The notes under the pieces are model-generated. The model worked only from the letters and a program-made list of their open reading frames with translations, had not been told where the DNA came from and searched no databases. The translations under genes were made by a program, and so were the position numbers. Of a stretch of DNA of 64,000 nt, positions 16,912 to 26,064 are shown in pieces (the first letter of the stretch is position 1; each line of letters starts with the position of its first letter). The stretch comes from Alloprevotella sp. (GTDB lineage: Bacteria; Bacillota; Clostridia; Christensenellales; Aristaeellaceae), in NCBI GenBank assembly GCA_963617205.1, contig CAVEOA010000002.1, forward strand, positions 22,289 to 86,288, written 5' to 3'.

Positions 16912-19818
16912 TCACGATTCATGAACATACGCAAGCATCGGTTCAAGCTCTTCCCAAAGGACAAAACCGCTGTCCCGCATGGCTTTATATTCCTCAAGAA
17001 CGGCATCGATGTACTCCTGTGCCTTGTCCTTCTTGTTCATGGCATCGTATGCCATCGCAATCTGGAAATGAATCGTCACGCGCCCGACCTCATCCGGCTG
17101 TTCGCACTCATTCATCCGTTTCAGGCACTCCTCAAGTATCTGCAGCGACTGCTTGTATTTTCCTGCTTCGTAATACGCATAGCCGCGTTGATCCAGTGCG
17201 TGAAGCGTCAGCCAGGACGTACGGTCGAGGTTCCTTATTTTGCACAGCAGCTGGTAATTGACCTGCAGCGCCTTCTGCGGCTGTTTTGCGCGCCGGTAGG
17301 CCTGTGCCAGATGAAGCAGCTCGTCCTTGTCGTTTTTCAATCTGTCATCCGTATTCTTCTCGTATCCTTCGATATAACGCTGCGCATACTTTTCTACCCT
17401 TTGCCACTGTCTGCCGACCGCGCACGCTTCCATCAGGTAAGCGCAGGAAATCCAGCTGTCATTTAGTTCCGAATCGTCTCCCATTTCTTTTATTATTTTT
17501 TCGATAAGCCGTTCAAATTTGTCAAGTTGCTCCTCCTGCGGAATGGCCGTGCCGAACATAACGCTGTAAAAAGCCTGTAGTTGAAGCTGGAAACAAAACG
17601 ACTTTTGCTCAGGGTCCATCTTCTCCGCCTGTGCCAGAAGCTCGCTGCACTTCACTACATCGCCGCTGTTCATGAGCACATTCCGCGCTTCTTCGATCAG
17701 CATAAACCCGCGTGGAATCGAGTTCGGGCATTCTTCCAGAATACGGCTGATCAGCGCATTTGTTTTTTTATTCCCAATGCTGTTGCCCATCTGAATGAAC
17801 ACAAACACACCCATTGCGGCAAGCGGATTTGCAAAGTCAATTTTCTCTGCTTCCTTCAGCAGCGCATCCGCATCGTTTTCTTCTCCGGAACTTTCATATT
17901 TTGCCATTCTGATCGCAATTTCAAAGCAATGCGCAATAAAACGTGTTTCCTTATTTGAACTTTTCCCGCAAAACTGCACCATTCTTTTCTGAATCTGGCG
18001 ATAGCTGTGCATCACAGCATACACCATCGCGCCAAGCGCAATTTCCTCCGGCACTTCCATCCCGTTCGCCACCAGAAAGGAAACAATGCTTGCACCGGCG
18101 TACGCCTCCTGCTTATAGCAGAACAGCTCGTCCCCATGCTGTGCGAACAGCTCCCGAATGCGTTTTTCCAGCTTCGGATAATCCTGAAGCCTGCCGAATT
18201 CCGTGCGCATCGCCTCGGCGATAACCGGCTGCATCGAATAGCCATGCCGATTCAGCTCCAGCCAGCCATTCAGATAGCCGCTGTAGAGCATCGATGGCAC
18301 CTTTTGGGCATCGGGCTCCGCGTCCAGCAGGAGATTTTCGATGCTTCTTGGCGGCCAGCTCACAGCATCCAGCGCTGAAAACAGCACCAGCAGCCTGCGC
18401 ATCTGGGGCGTCACGACGGTCGTCGCAAAGACCCTCCTGAGCTTCTCGATAAAGCTCTCGCTTTCGCCGCGATGAATCAGTTGCAGATTCTGATAGCCGT
18501 TCGCGTCAATTTCTTCGTTCAGCGCAGCGACTGTCAGCGAACGCATTTTCAATGCCTTGCCCAGCAGAATCACTGCCAGCGGATGCCCCTGCATGCGGTG
18601 GTGCAGCCGCTCAAATTCCTCTCTGCTGTCCGACAACGGGAAGCCGCTGCTGACCTCCAGCAGCTTTCTCGTTTCATCCACGCCCAAAGACGCCATAGGA
18701 AATTCTGAAAAGCCCTCCAGCTCTCGCTGACGGGACGTCACCAGCACATCGCAGCCGAAGCACGCCACCTTTTCCCATTGCTCCGGATTTCGGTCAATCC
18801 TTGCATTGTCAATCACCAGCAGCGTCCTGCCGCTGTACGGCTTGTCCAGTAGCTCTCCGACGCTGCGAAGGATCTTCTCCGGCTCCTCCTCTCGAAGCTC
18901 CGAAAACGCCTTTTGAAATGCCGCAGCCAAATCTCCCTGATCCTGCGCAAACGCCAGTCGGCTGTATCGACCCAGCTCTCCGCAGCGCACCAGCACCTGC
19001 CGGACAAGCTCCGTTTTTCCCATGCCGCCGGCGCCCGAAACGAGCACCTTTCCTCTTTTTTCCAGACGCGCATACAGCAAATCGACCACGTTTTCCGGAC
19101 AGGGCACGTAAGCCTCCTTCGCAAGCGCCTGCTTACAAGCCTCGCACTCATGCGACGTCAGCACCACCGGCACAAAGCGTCCGAACGTGACATGGCGGTA
19201 TTTCATGTACAGCTGGCTGGCTGAGAACTCATCGCGTTTCCGCAAAAGCGCAATCCGCTTGCTGTCCATATGGCTGCCAAGGAAAGCATAAACCGTCAGC
19301 CATGCCATCTGCACGCTGCAGAAAAAGCCCTGACTGGGGTAGTCCATCTCAAACGCTTCATTCGCCTCATCGCGCAGGGTTACCAGATGCGCCTGAATTT
19401 CGGACGTCATCGCGCTGTCGCCTGCTATGCACTGATCTTCAAACGCGCACAGCGACTGCATAAACAGGAACCAGTCCGGCTCCTGCCGATTCAGCAGCTC
19501 CAGCCATGCGACCGTCAGATGCATAAACTTCGTGCTGTCAAGCTCCTTGGAGAAGGTCTCGTAAAGCGGCGACATCACGCCTGCGGTGCCGCTGCGGTTC
19601 ATGATATTGCTCAGGCTTCGCGAGCGCTTCTCCTTCGTGCTCTCCAGCATGGCCAGCGCGTCATCATCCAGAATCGTCATCAGCAGCTCACGCCAGAAGT
19701 GAATCAGCGTCGTCTTCGCAAGCCGGATTGCGGCGGTTGATTTGTCCCCGTCTATGCCGTTGCTAAGCCAACGATAAATCTCACGCGGTGTCAGCAGTCG
19801 ATTGCCTTCTGTTTTCAT
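16912..19818 (-). CDS. STAND NTPase: unassigned about 250-aa N-domain, NB-ARC (AP-ATPase) module, C-terminal TPR array
   Basis: Walker A VSGAGGMGKTEL, Walker B LLVIDNA, RNBS-B-like DVLVTSR and GLPL-like QGHPLAVILLG. The C-terminus has multiple TPR-like repeats (YYEAGKYKQSLQILEECL, IAMAYDAMNKKDKAQEYID). Confidence 0.8.
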   Translation of the reverse strand: MKTEGNRLLTPREIYRWLSNGIDGDKSTAAIRLAKTTLIHFWRELLMTILDDDALAMLESTKEKRSRSLSNIMNRSGTAGVMSPLYETFSKELDSTKFMHLTVAWLELLNRQEPDWFLFMQSLCAFEDQCIAGDSAMTSEIQAHLVTLRDEANEAFEMDYPSQGFFCSVQMAWLTVYAFLGSHMDSKRIALLRKRDEFSASQLYMKYRHVTFGRFVPVVLTSHECEACKQALAKEAYVPCPENVVDLLYARLEKRGKVLVSGAGGMGKTELVRQVLVRCGELGRYSRLAFAQDQGDLAAAFQKAFSELREEEPEKILRSVGELLDKPYSGRTLLVIDNARIDRNPEQWEKVACFGCDVLVTSRQRELEGFSEFPMASLGVDETRKLLEVSSGFPLSDSREEFERLHHRMQGHPLAVILLGKALKMRSLTVAALNEEIDANGYQNLQLIHRGESESFIEKLRRVFATTVVTPQMRRLLVLFSALDAVSWPPRSIENLLLDAEPDAQKVPSMLYSGYLNGWLELNRHGYSMQPVIAEAMRTEFGRLQDYPKLEKRIRELFAQHGDELFCYKQEAYAGASIVSFLVANGMEVPEEIALGAMVYAVMHSYRQIQKRMVQFCGKSSNKETRFIAHCFEIAIRMAKYESSGEENDADALLKEAEKIDFANPLAAMGVFVFIQMGNSIGNKKTNALISRILEECPNSIPRGFMLIEEARNVLMNSGDVVKCSELLAQAEKMDPEQKSFCFQLQLQAFYSVMFGTAIPQEEQLDKFERLIEKIIKEMGDDSELNDSWISCAYLMEACAVGRQWQRVEKYAQRYIEGYEKNTDDRLKNDKDELLHLAQAYRRAKQPQKALQVNYQLLCKIRNLDRTSWLTLHALDQRGYAYYEAGKYKQSLQILEECLKRMNECEQPDEVGRVTIHFQIAMAYDAMNKKDKAQEYIDAVLEEYKAMRDSGFVLWEELEPMLAYVHES

Positions 19819-19840
19819 TTCTCCTTCAACTCCCTTTTTT

Positions 19841-19870
19841 ATTGTAAAAAAACATGCCCTTGTTTGTCAA
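19841..19870 (-). promoter_or_regulatory. Candidate sigma-A promoter of the STAND gene
   Basis: Minus-strand TTGACA (19870-19865), an 18-nt spacer, then TACAAT (19846-19841). It lies about 22 nt upstream of the ATG at 19818. Confidence 0.4.
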
Positions 19871-20074
19871 ACGTGAATCAACATACGTTTGCCACAATTT
19901 TCGCCGTGCTTGCGCATTTTTCCTTTTTTGCGCCATTTATTTCGCCAACCCGCCTTTGGGCACATAATTCCCGATTCATCGCGCCCCCTCATTGGTGCGT
20001 TGTTGTCCTTATTTTCTTTTCGCCCGTGACAATCCGCCAACGCAGAGAATTGCGCAGCGTTGTTTTTCGCGCTA

Positions 20075-20103
20075 TTTACATCGTCCGCTGTCCATGGTAT
20101 ACT
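20075..20103 (+). promoter_or_regulatory. Candidate sigma-A promoter of the MBOAT operon
   Basis: TTTACA (20075-20080), a 17-nt spacer, then TGgTATACT with an extended -10 (hexamer 20098-20103). Confidence 0.5.
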
Positions 20104-20157
20104 ATATTTGTTTGGCTATGCCTTCTGCTGAATCAAAAGATAGAAAGTGGTGGCGAT

Positions 20158-21549
20158 ATGGTTTTCAGCTCAACGATTTTTTTGCAGTTCTTTTTGCCGA
20201 TTGTCTTCATCCTGAACTATTTCGTTCAGAAGAAGTACTCCAACATCCTGCTTCTCATGGCAAGCCTTGTGTTCTACGCGTGGGGCGAGCCGGTGTTGGT
20301 GCTGCTGATGGTCGCGTCGGTGGTGCTGAACTGGTTCGTTGGCGGGGTCATTGCCAAAACCTCCGGCGGTGCAAGGAAAGCCGCATTAGCCATTGGCGTT
20401 GTGTGTGATCTGGCAATCCTCGGCTATTACAAGTATGCCGGATTCCTCGTCTCGATTCTCAACGGCCTTGTCGGCAAAACGCTCATGGCCATACCGGAAA
20501 TCTCGCTTCCCATCGGCATTTCCTTTTTCACCTTTCAGGCCATTTCCTACATTGTGGATGTGTATCGCGGCGACACGGATGCTTCGCCGAAGCTCGTGAA
20601 CGTGGCGCTGTACATTGCCTTCTTCCCGCAGCTGATTGCAGGACCCATTGTCAAGTATAAGGACATCAACAGGCAGATTGAAGATCGCAGCATCACATGG
20701 GATGGCGTAACGAAGGGATTCCGCCGGTTCATCATCGGCTTGGCGAAGAAGGTTCTCATCTCCAATGTCATGGGCGCATGCGTCGATGCAATCTTCAGCA
20801 GCGACCTTGCCAACGTCGGCGGTGCAGAAGCATGGGTGGCGGCGCTCGCCTACACGTTCCAGATCTACTATGACTTTTCGGGCTATTCTGACATGGCCAT
20901 CGGTCTGGGCAAAATGTTCGGTTTCGATATTCTGGAGAACTTTCAGTACCCCTATATCTCCTCTTCAATTACGGAATTCTGGCGCAGATGGCATATTTCT
21001 CTGGGCTCCTGGTTCAGGGAATATGTGTATATCCCGCTTGGCGGCAACCGAAAGGGCGTCGCCCGCACCTACGTCAACCTGTTCATCGTCTTTTTCCTGA
21101 CGGGTTTGTGGCATGGCGCGGATCTGGCCTTTGTGCTGTGGGGGCTCTACCACGGTTTCTTCTCCATCATTGAGCGTGTGGGGCTGAAGAAGTGGCTGGA
21201 CAAGCATCACTGGATTGGCATGCTGTATTGCTTCCTTGTAGTGCTCTTTGGCTGGGTTTTGTTCAGGGCCGCAAACACGGAATTGGCAATGCGCTATCTT
21301 ACACGGATGCTCATGCCGTGGCGCTATCAGAGCACAGGGCTTCTCCTGCGGTGCGTTGACCTGAAGACCATCACTGTTTTCTGCTGCGCAGTGCTTGGCA
21401 TGGGTTTTGCAAATTTCATCCCCGAAAAGATGATGAAAAAGTGGCGATACTCCGTGCCCGAGGCGATTCTGTGCGTCCTTCTGCTCGTGCTCTGCCTTGC
21501 CTCCGTTGCGGGCAACAGCTATAACCCGTTTATCTATTTCCAGTTTTAA
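20158..21549 (+). CDS. MBOAT-family membrane O-acyltransferase (AlgI/DltB-like)
   Basis: Polytopic protein: MVFSSTIFLQFFLPIVF..., FYAWGEP, YSDMAIGLGKMFGF, EFWRRWHISL and the conserved His region LWHGA. The ORF-track start at 19864 adds an implausible N-extension across the promoter. Confidence 0.85.
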   Translation: MVFSSTIFLQFFLPIVFILNYFVQKKYSNILLLMASLVFYAWGEPVLVLLMVASVVLNWFVGGVIAKTSGGARKAALAIGVVCDLAILGYYKYAGFLVSILNGLVGKTLMAIPEISLPIGISFFTFQAISYIVDVYRGDTDASPKLVNVALYIAFFPQLIAGPIVKYKDINRQIEDRSITWDGVTKGFRRFIIGLAKKVLISNVMGACVDAIFSSDLANVGGAEAWVAALAYTFQIYYDFSGYSDMAIGLGKMFGFDILENFQYPYISSSITEFWRRWHISLGSWFREYVYIPLGGNRKGVARTYVNLFIVFFLTGLWHGADLAFVLWGLYHGFFSIIERVGLKKWLDKHHWIGMLYCFLVVLFGWVLFRAANTELAMRYLTRMLMPWRYQSTGLLLRCVDLKTITVFCCAVLGMGFANFIPEKMMKKWRYSVPEAILCVLLLVLCLASVAGNSYNPFIYFQF

Positions 21550-21561
21550 GAGGTGGAAAGG

Positions 21562-22677
21562 ATGAAAAAGAGTTTCGGTTCATGGATTCTCATGATCGTG
21601 TTTGTCGTGAACATCTGCCTTTCGTGGGGAATCTGGTTTTTCGTGCAGCCTTTATCTGACAACACCAACTATGAGAATCGTCAAAAGGCAGAGGTGCCGG
21701 AATTGACGCTGTCCACCTACAGCAGCTTTCCAACACGGTTCACAAGCTTCTTGGACGATAGGATTCCCTTCCGCAATGAGCTGATCAGCCTCAATTCCTC
21801 CATTGACTACTACGTTTTCCACAAATCCACCAGCGATTACGTATTGCCGGGCAAGAACGGCTGGCTCTTCTATGTCCGCAAGGATGACGGCGACCCGCTC
21901 GCCTGCTATCAGGGCACCAACCTTTACACAGACGCGGAATTGCAGCTGATTGCAGAAAACTGCCTTCATTTCCGCGATGTGCTGGAAGAACGCGGCATCG
22001 AGTTCGTGCTGTACTTCGCGCCCAATAAGGAACGAATCTACTGCGAAAACATGCCTAACGAATACGGTCTTCCTGCCGACGAATACGGTGTATTGCAGAT
22101 TGTCAACTATCTCCGGAAAAATACCGATCTGCGCGTTGTGTACCCCTATGAAGCGCTGATGGAAGCCAAGGCGCATACCGGGTATACTATCTACTACAAG
22201 ACAGATTCCCACTGGAATCAGATCGGCGGCTATGTAGGCAGCGCCGCACTGCTTCAGGAGCTGGGAATCGAGATGCCTTCCCTTGCTTCCGATGCGCTGG
22301 CAATCACCGAAGGCGAAGCCACCTCCGGCGACCTTGCTCAAATGCTGTATCTGTCCAAGCAGATGAATGGCGTTGATCATCATTATGTCCTGAGCGGCTA
22401 TCATGACCATGGCATCATGGATGTCAGCGCAAGCTTCAGCAATCTCATTGCCTACAATGCGCCTGATGGGGCAGATCCCCGCACGCTCTATGTCATTCGG
22501 GATTCCTTCGCGACCGCCATGGCGCCTTATTTGGGCTCGCAGTTTGAGCAGACCTATCTCAGGCACTTTAACGCTTACTCCTTCGATGATATCCTAACCT
22601 ATGAGCCAGATATTGTTGTGCTTGAATTGGTTGAACGAAGCTCCATTCTTCTGGAATACTTCTCCGCAGGCGAATAA
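21562..22677 (+). CDS. AlgX/AlgJ-like (DHHW-type) SGNH-fold acyltransferase partner
   Basis: N-terminal TM anchor, YKTDSHWNQIGGY motif and a late IRDSF motif. It is adjacent to the MBOAT gene. ATG 21562 follows gaggtggaaagg. Confidence 0.7.
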   Translation: MKKSFGSWILMIVFVVNICLSWGIWFFVQPLSDNTNYENRQKAEVPELTLSTYSSFPTRFTSFLDDRIPFRNELISLNSSIDYYVFHKSTSDYVLPGKNGWLFYVRKDDGDPLACYQGTNLYTDAELQLIAENCLHFRDVLEERGIEFVLYFAPNKERIYCENMPNEYGLPADEYGVLQIVNYLRKNTDLRVVYPYEALMEAKAHTGYTIYYKTDSHWNQIGGYVGSAALLQELGIEMPSLASDALAITEGEATSGDLAQMLYLSKQMNGVDHHYVLSGYHDHGIMDVSASFSNLIAYNAPDGADPRTLYVIRDSFATAMAPYLGSQFEQTYLRHFNAYSFDDILTYEPDIVVLELVERSSILLEYFSAGE

Positions 22678-22713
22678 CGTATTGCGGATTGCCTGTAACA
22701 GCTTTATTGCCTC

Positions 22714-22782
22714 AATAAAAAATGCTCCCTCCAGCGCAGCCTCGAAACGTTTGTTTTCGAGCTTCTGCCCCGGAGGGAGCAT
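22714..22782 (-). terminator. Terminator hairpin between convergent genes (best fit to the minus-strand TSUP gene)
   Basis: The 11-bp stem is ATGCTCCCTCC (22722-22732) with GGAGGGAGCAT (22772-22782). A nested hairpin CTCGAAA/TTTCGAG sits inside. On the minus strand the stem is followed by TTTTTTATTG. Confidence 0.55.
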
Positions 22783-22795
22783 ATCATATCACCGA

Positions 22796-23587
22796 TCAGA
22801 CTGTCGTGATAATATTCATTGCGCACAGCAGCAGGATAAATACGACAGCTATGTTGTACAAGGTCCTTACGAAATCATTCTTTGTCAATCCTGCGATTTT
22901 CCGTCCAATGATGCCGCCCGAAATACCGGCGGCACAGGCAATGAAAATCATCAGCAGGGCCGGCAGGGTGCTGCCCGAAATCAGCGCTGTCAAAATACCT
23001 GCCGTTTGGCTGAACACGATGATAAACAGGGAATACAGCGCGCCTTCCTTGTGCGTCATGCCGTAGAAGCCTGTCAGAATCATCATGTTCAACGGACCGC
23101 CGCCGATGCCCAGAAAAGCAGCAAAGAGCCCGAGCAATAAACCTGCAAGCAATCCTTCAGGCACAGAGCGTTCCTTCATTTCCGAGCTCTTGTGCCGAAG
23201 CGTGAAAATCAGGACGCATACCATGACCACAAACAGCACCGCGTTCTGGACGCATTTGACCGTTGCATCTGCCTGAACGAGGTGGCTGAGCGCATTGAAC
23301 AGCAATTTGCCGACCACGCCGCCCACCGTACTGCTTACTGCCAGCGGCACGGCGATTTTCATGGACAGCGCCTGCTGGCTCGTTTTCTGCACGTAATTTT
23401 TCCCGATGCTGAACAGGGACATGGACAGCACTGCAAATGCAGACAGCAGGCTGATCGTTTGAGTCCCGAAGCCTGTAAGCGTCATGTCCAGCAGCGGTTT
23501 AATGATTACGCCGCCGCCGATGCCGCTGATGGCGCCGATTATCGTGCTGAAAATGCACACCGCAAAGCAGATAAGGCAGTCAAGCAT
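22796..23587 (-). CDS. TSUP (TauE/SafE, DUF81) family membrane transporter
   Basis: 263 aa with about 8 TM segments. Typical motifs GAISGIGGGVIIKPLL and GIGGGPLNM. Confidence 0.8.
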   Translation of the reverse strand: MLDCLICFAVCIFSTIIGAISGIGGGVIIKPLLDMTLTGFGTQTISLLSAFAVLSMSLFSIGKNYVQKTSQQALSMKIAVPLAVSSTVGGVVGKLLFNALSHLVQADATVKCVQNAVLFVVMVCVLIFTLRHKSSEMKERSVPEGLLAGLLLGLFAAFLGIGGGPLNMMILTGFYGMTHKEGALYSLFIIVFSQTAGILTALISGSTLPALLMIFIACAAGISGGIIGRKIAGLTKNDFVRTLYNIAVVFILLLCAMNIITTV

Positions 23588-23697
23588 ACGTTTCTCTCCT
23601 CAATGACCTAAAAAGCAGCAGGCAGACAGGCAGGTGCATCCATCACCCCTGCCTGTGCGCACTGCAAAATGAATCCTGTCCGTTGATTGCCCTGCGT

Positions 23698-25194
23698 TCA
23701 GCATCCGCACGGATGAGCAGGCGTGTTGTCCCGATAATGGCTGTTTTCCTGCGGATTCTTCATGCACAGATGGACCGCCGCCGTCGTAAACGTCTTAGGC
23801 AGCGCGAGGATATTCGGCTGCTCCCCGACATACTTCCGCTTTGCGTCCGCCAGCGCTTCCTCGACGGTTGCGCGGGTTTTCAGACCCATGCTTCTTGCAA
23901 TTCCCGGCTCACGCGCCCCGACGATGTAGATGGCGCTGGTGTGCTGCTCCGCCAGATGGCCACAGCTCATCATGCTGAAGCCGTGGAAGGGATGGAATGC
24001 ATTCGCAAAGCGGTATTTCCGGATGTACTCCTCGTTGGTCGCAAAGTACTCCCCGTAGCGGTTCATGTCCGGCAGCGTCTGCATGTAATCATGCTGGAAC
24101 ATTTCATACAGCTCGCGCAGGTACGGCCATCTTTCCTCATGGAACCAACCGTCGCAAATGGACGGCACGATAAACACGCAGTGGTCGCTCAGCACGCGCT
24201 TATGCCGGATGACCTGCGCGGACAGCGCCTGCATCATCTGAATCGGGTTTGTGCCCATGCCGTTGCCGTAGTGGAAGTTGGTCGGCATGCCAAATACAAC
24301 CACGTCATACTTCTTTTCCGCCCAATGCACATAGGTGCGCTTGTCGGCGGTTTTCCAGCTGATTGGCTGCATTTCATTCGCATACCCGGAATTGATTTCA
24401 ATCTGACGCGAACGGGTATCCAGCACCGCGTCGCAGCAGAAGAACTTCTTGCCCATTTTCTCTTCCATGAACATGCCCTGCTGATCGAACTTGTCGCGCA
24501 TCAGGCTGTTCGTGGAAACCGGCACAAAGTCGTCTCGATGCATGACCTGCGGCACATGGTGCGCCGCAATGCTCCGCCAGTGGCTGATGCCGGTGGCGCA
24601 ATGCTTGTAGCCGCCGGAATAGCCGCCGTAGGGATTGCCCTGCGTATGGCCGATCAGGACAGCGACGTCCGCGTCATACACATATTTGTTCATGATGACG
24701 TGGTCGCCCTGCGCCGTGAAGCCAAGATCCACAAGGTGGTCATAATCCTCGCTGTCATGGCTCGTAATCTGCCCCGAATACCAGAATTCGTTGAACAGCT
24801 CGTCGCCCAGAATCTGCCTTGCCTCATTCATCGGCGTGCGCGGATGCAAGCCGTTCGAGAAAAGCAGCAAGATATTTTCCTTCCTGATTCCGGCGCTGTA
24901 CAGCTCATCCAGACAAGCCCTGATCGCCACCTTGCGATGGCTCGTTGACTGACAGCCGCCCTTGACGATATCCGGAATGACGATGACCACCGTCTTTTTG
25001 CCCTTCGCCAGCTCCGCCAGCGGCTCCATGCCAATCGGGTGACGGATGCTGTCCAGCGTGGCGGCGTAGAGGCTGTCCCAGTCCTGCGGCAGGCAGGCAG
25101 GGTCCGGCACGGTTTCGCCCGGGATGAACACATCCGTGTTATCAGGCAGCTCCGCGCTCATAAAGCCATTCCCGTATTCAAACTGAAGCTTCAC
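23698..25194 (-). CDS. LarA-family (nickel-pincer cofactor dependent racemase/epimerase-like, DUF2088) protein
   Basis: N-terminus KLQFEYGNGFMSAELPDN, VVIVIPDI, and a GHTQGNPYGGYSGGYKHCATG block. That block matches the LarA H...G-x-SGG-x-K cofactor-tether region. Confidence 0.65.
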   Translation of the reverse strand: MKLQFEYGNGFMSAELPDNTDVFIPGETVPDPACLPQDWDSLYAATLDSIRHPIGMEPLAELAKGKKTVVIVIPDIVKGGCQSTSHRKVAIRACLDELYSAGIRKENILLLFSNGLHPRTPMNEARQILGDELFNEFWYSGQITSHDSEDYDHLVDLGFTAQGDHVIMNKYVYDADVAVLIGHTQGNPYGGYSGGYKHCATGISHWRSIAAHHVPQVMHRDDFVPVSTNSLMRDKFDQQGMFMEEKMGKKFFCCDAVLDTRSRQIEINSGYANEMQPISWKTADKRTYVHWAEKKYDVVVFGMPTNFHYGNGMGTNPIQMMQALSAQVIRHKRVLSDHCVFIVPSICDGWFHEERWPYLRELYEMFQHDYMQTLPDMNRYGEYFATNEEYIRKYRFANAFHPFHGFSMMSCGHLAEQHTSAIYIVGAREPGIARSMGLKTRATVEEALADAKRKYVGEQPNILALPKTFTTAAVHLCMKNPQENSHYRDNTPAHPCGC

Positions 25195-25206
25195 TTTCTC
25201 TCCTCC

Positions 25207-26049
25207 TTACCTCGCGCTGCTCGTCATGTAGATGCGAACAATTTCCAGATATTCCTCCGGATAAAAGCCGAAGTCCCCCTGAAAACGGGTCAGCGCAATC
25301 AGACCGCCATCAATCTCCGGAATGGATGCGAGCATCTCGGCGTTGTCCTTCTTGAGACCGCCACCGTAAATGACAGGCATGCCGCCGGTGATTTTTTTAA
25401 TCAGACGTGCAATCGGCGCAATCACATCGGCATCCGGCGGCGTCTTTCCCGGACCGATTGCCCAAATCGGCTCGTACGCGATGACAATGTTGCTCGTGTC
25501 AAGCCCTTCCAGACCGACCGTCAGCTGCTCGGTCAAAACCTGCTCCCAATGCTCGCGTTCCTCCGCCTTTTCGCCGATGCAGTAGGTCACGCTCATCCCC
25601 TGCTCAAGGGCGCACTTCATTTCCTGATTCAGCAGCCGATTGACAGCCGCCGTATCGCTGATGCCGGCTTCGCTCAGAATCCCCGCCTTGTCCGCCCTTT
25701 CCTCGCAGTGACCGATAATCGTGCTACTCACGCCCAACGCCTTCATCGCGGCAGCGGGACGGTTCGTCGTGAACGCGCCAAAGTTGCCGCCGACCTGCAC
25801 ATCCTGACGGTAAACGCTCTGGCAGCCCACCTCAATCACGCTGTCGTGCGCCAACGCCTTCACCGCCGGAATCAGATGCGCCTCCGGAAAATACATCGGA
25901 AAACGGGCCGCGCCGCGATACGTTTCCAGCTCCTTCTGCGTGGCGGAAACAATCGTCTCCGCCCAATCCGACGCCGCCGACAGCCGATTCACGCCGCCCA
26001 GACCAACAGGCACGTCAAAGCGCTTCAAATTCAAGCACAGATGCTTCAT
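25207..26049 (-). CDS. Triosephosphate isomerase-family protein (operon-specific paralogue)
   Basis: TIM catalytic pattern: LNLKRF (N/K), GHCEER (His, Glu), IAYEPIWAIGPG (catalytic Glu) and IYGGGLK. Confidence 0.75.
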   Translation of the reverse strand: MKHLCLNLKRFDVPVGLGGVNRLSAASDWAETIVSATQKELETYRGAARFPMYFPEAHLIPAVKALAHDSVIEVGCQSVYRQDVQVGGNFGAFTTNRPAAAMKALGVSSTIIGHCEERADKAGILSEAGISDTAAVNRLLNQEMKCALEQGMSVTYCIGEKAEEREHWEQVLTEQLTVGLEGLDTSNIVIAYEPIWAIGPGKTPPDADVIAPIARLIKKITGGMPVIYGGGLKKDNAEMLASIPEIDGGLIALTRFQGDFGFYPEEYLEIVRIYMTSSAR

Positions 26050-26064
26050 CAGATGCCCTCCTTC

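Noticed and set aside
19864-20157. N-terminal 98-aa extension of the MBOAT ORF given by the ORF track
   Set aside because: The extension runs through the divergent promoter region and over the TTTACA-17-TATACT promoter. The MBOAT homology begins at MVFSSTIF (ATG 20158).
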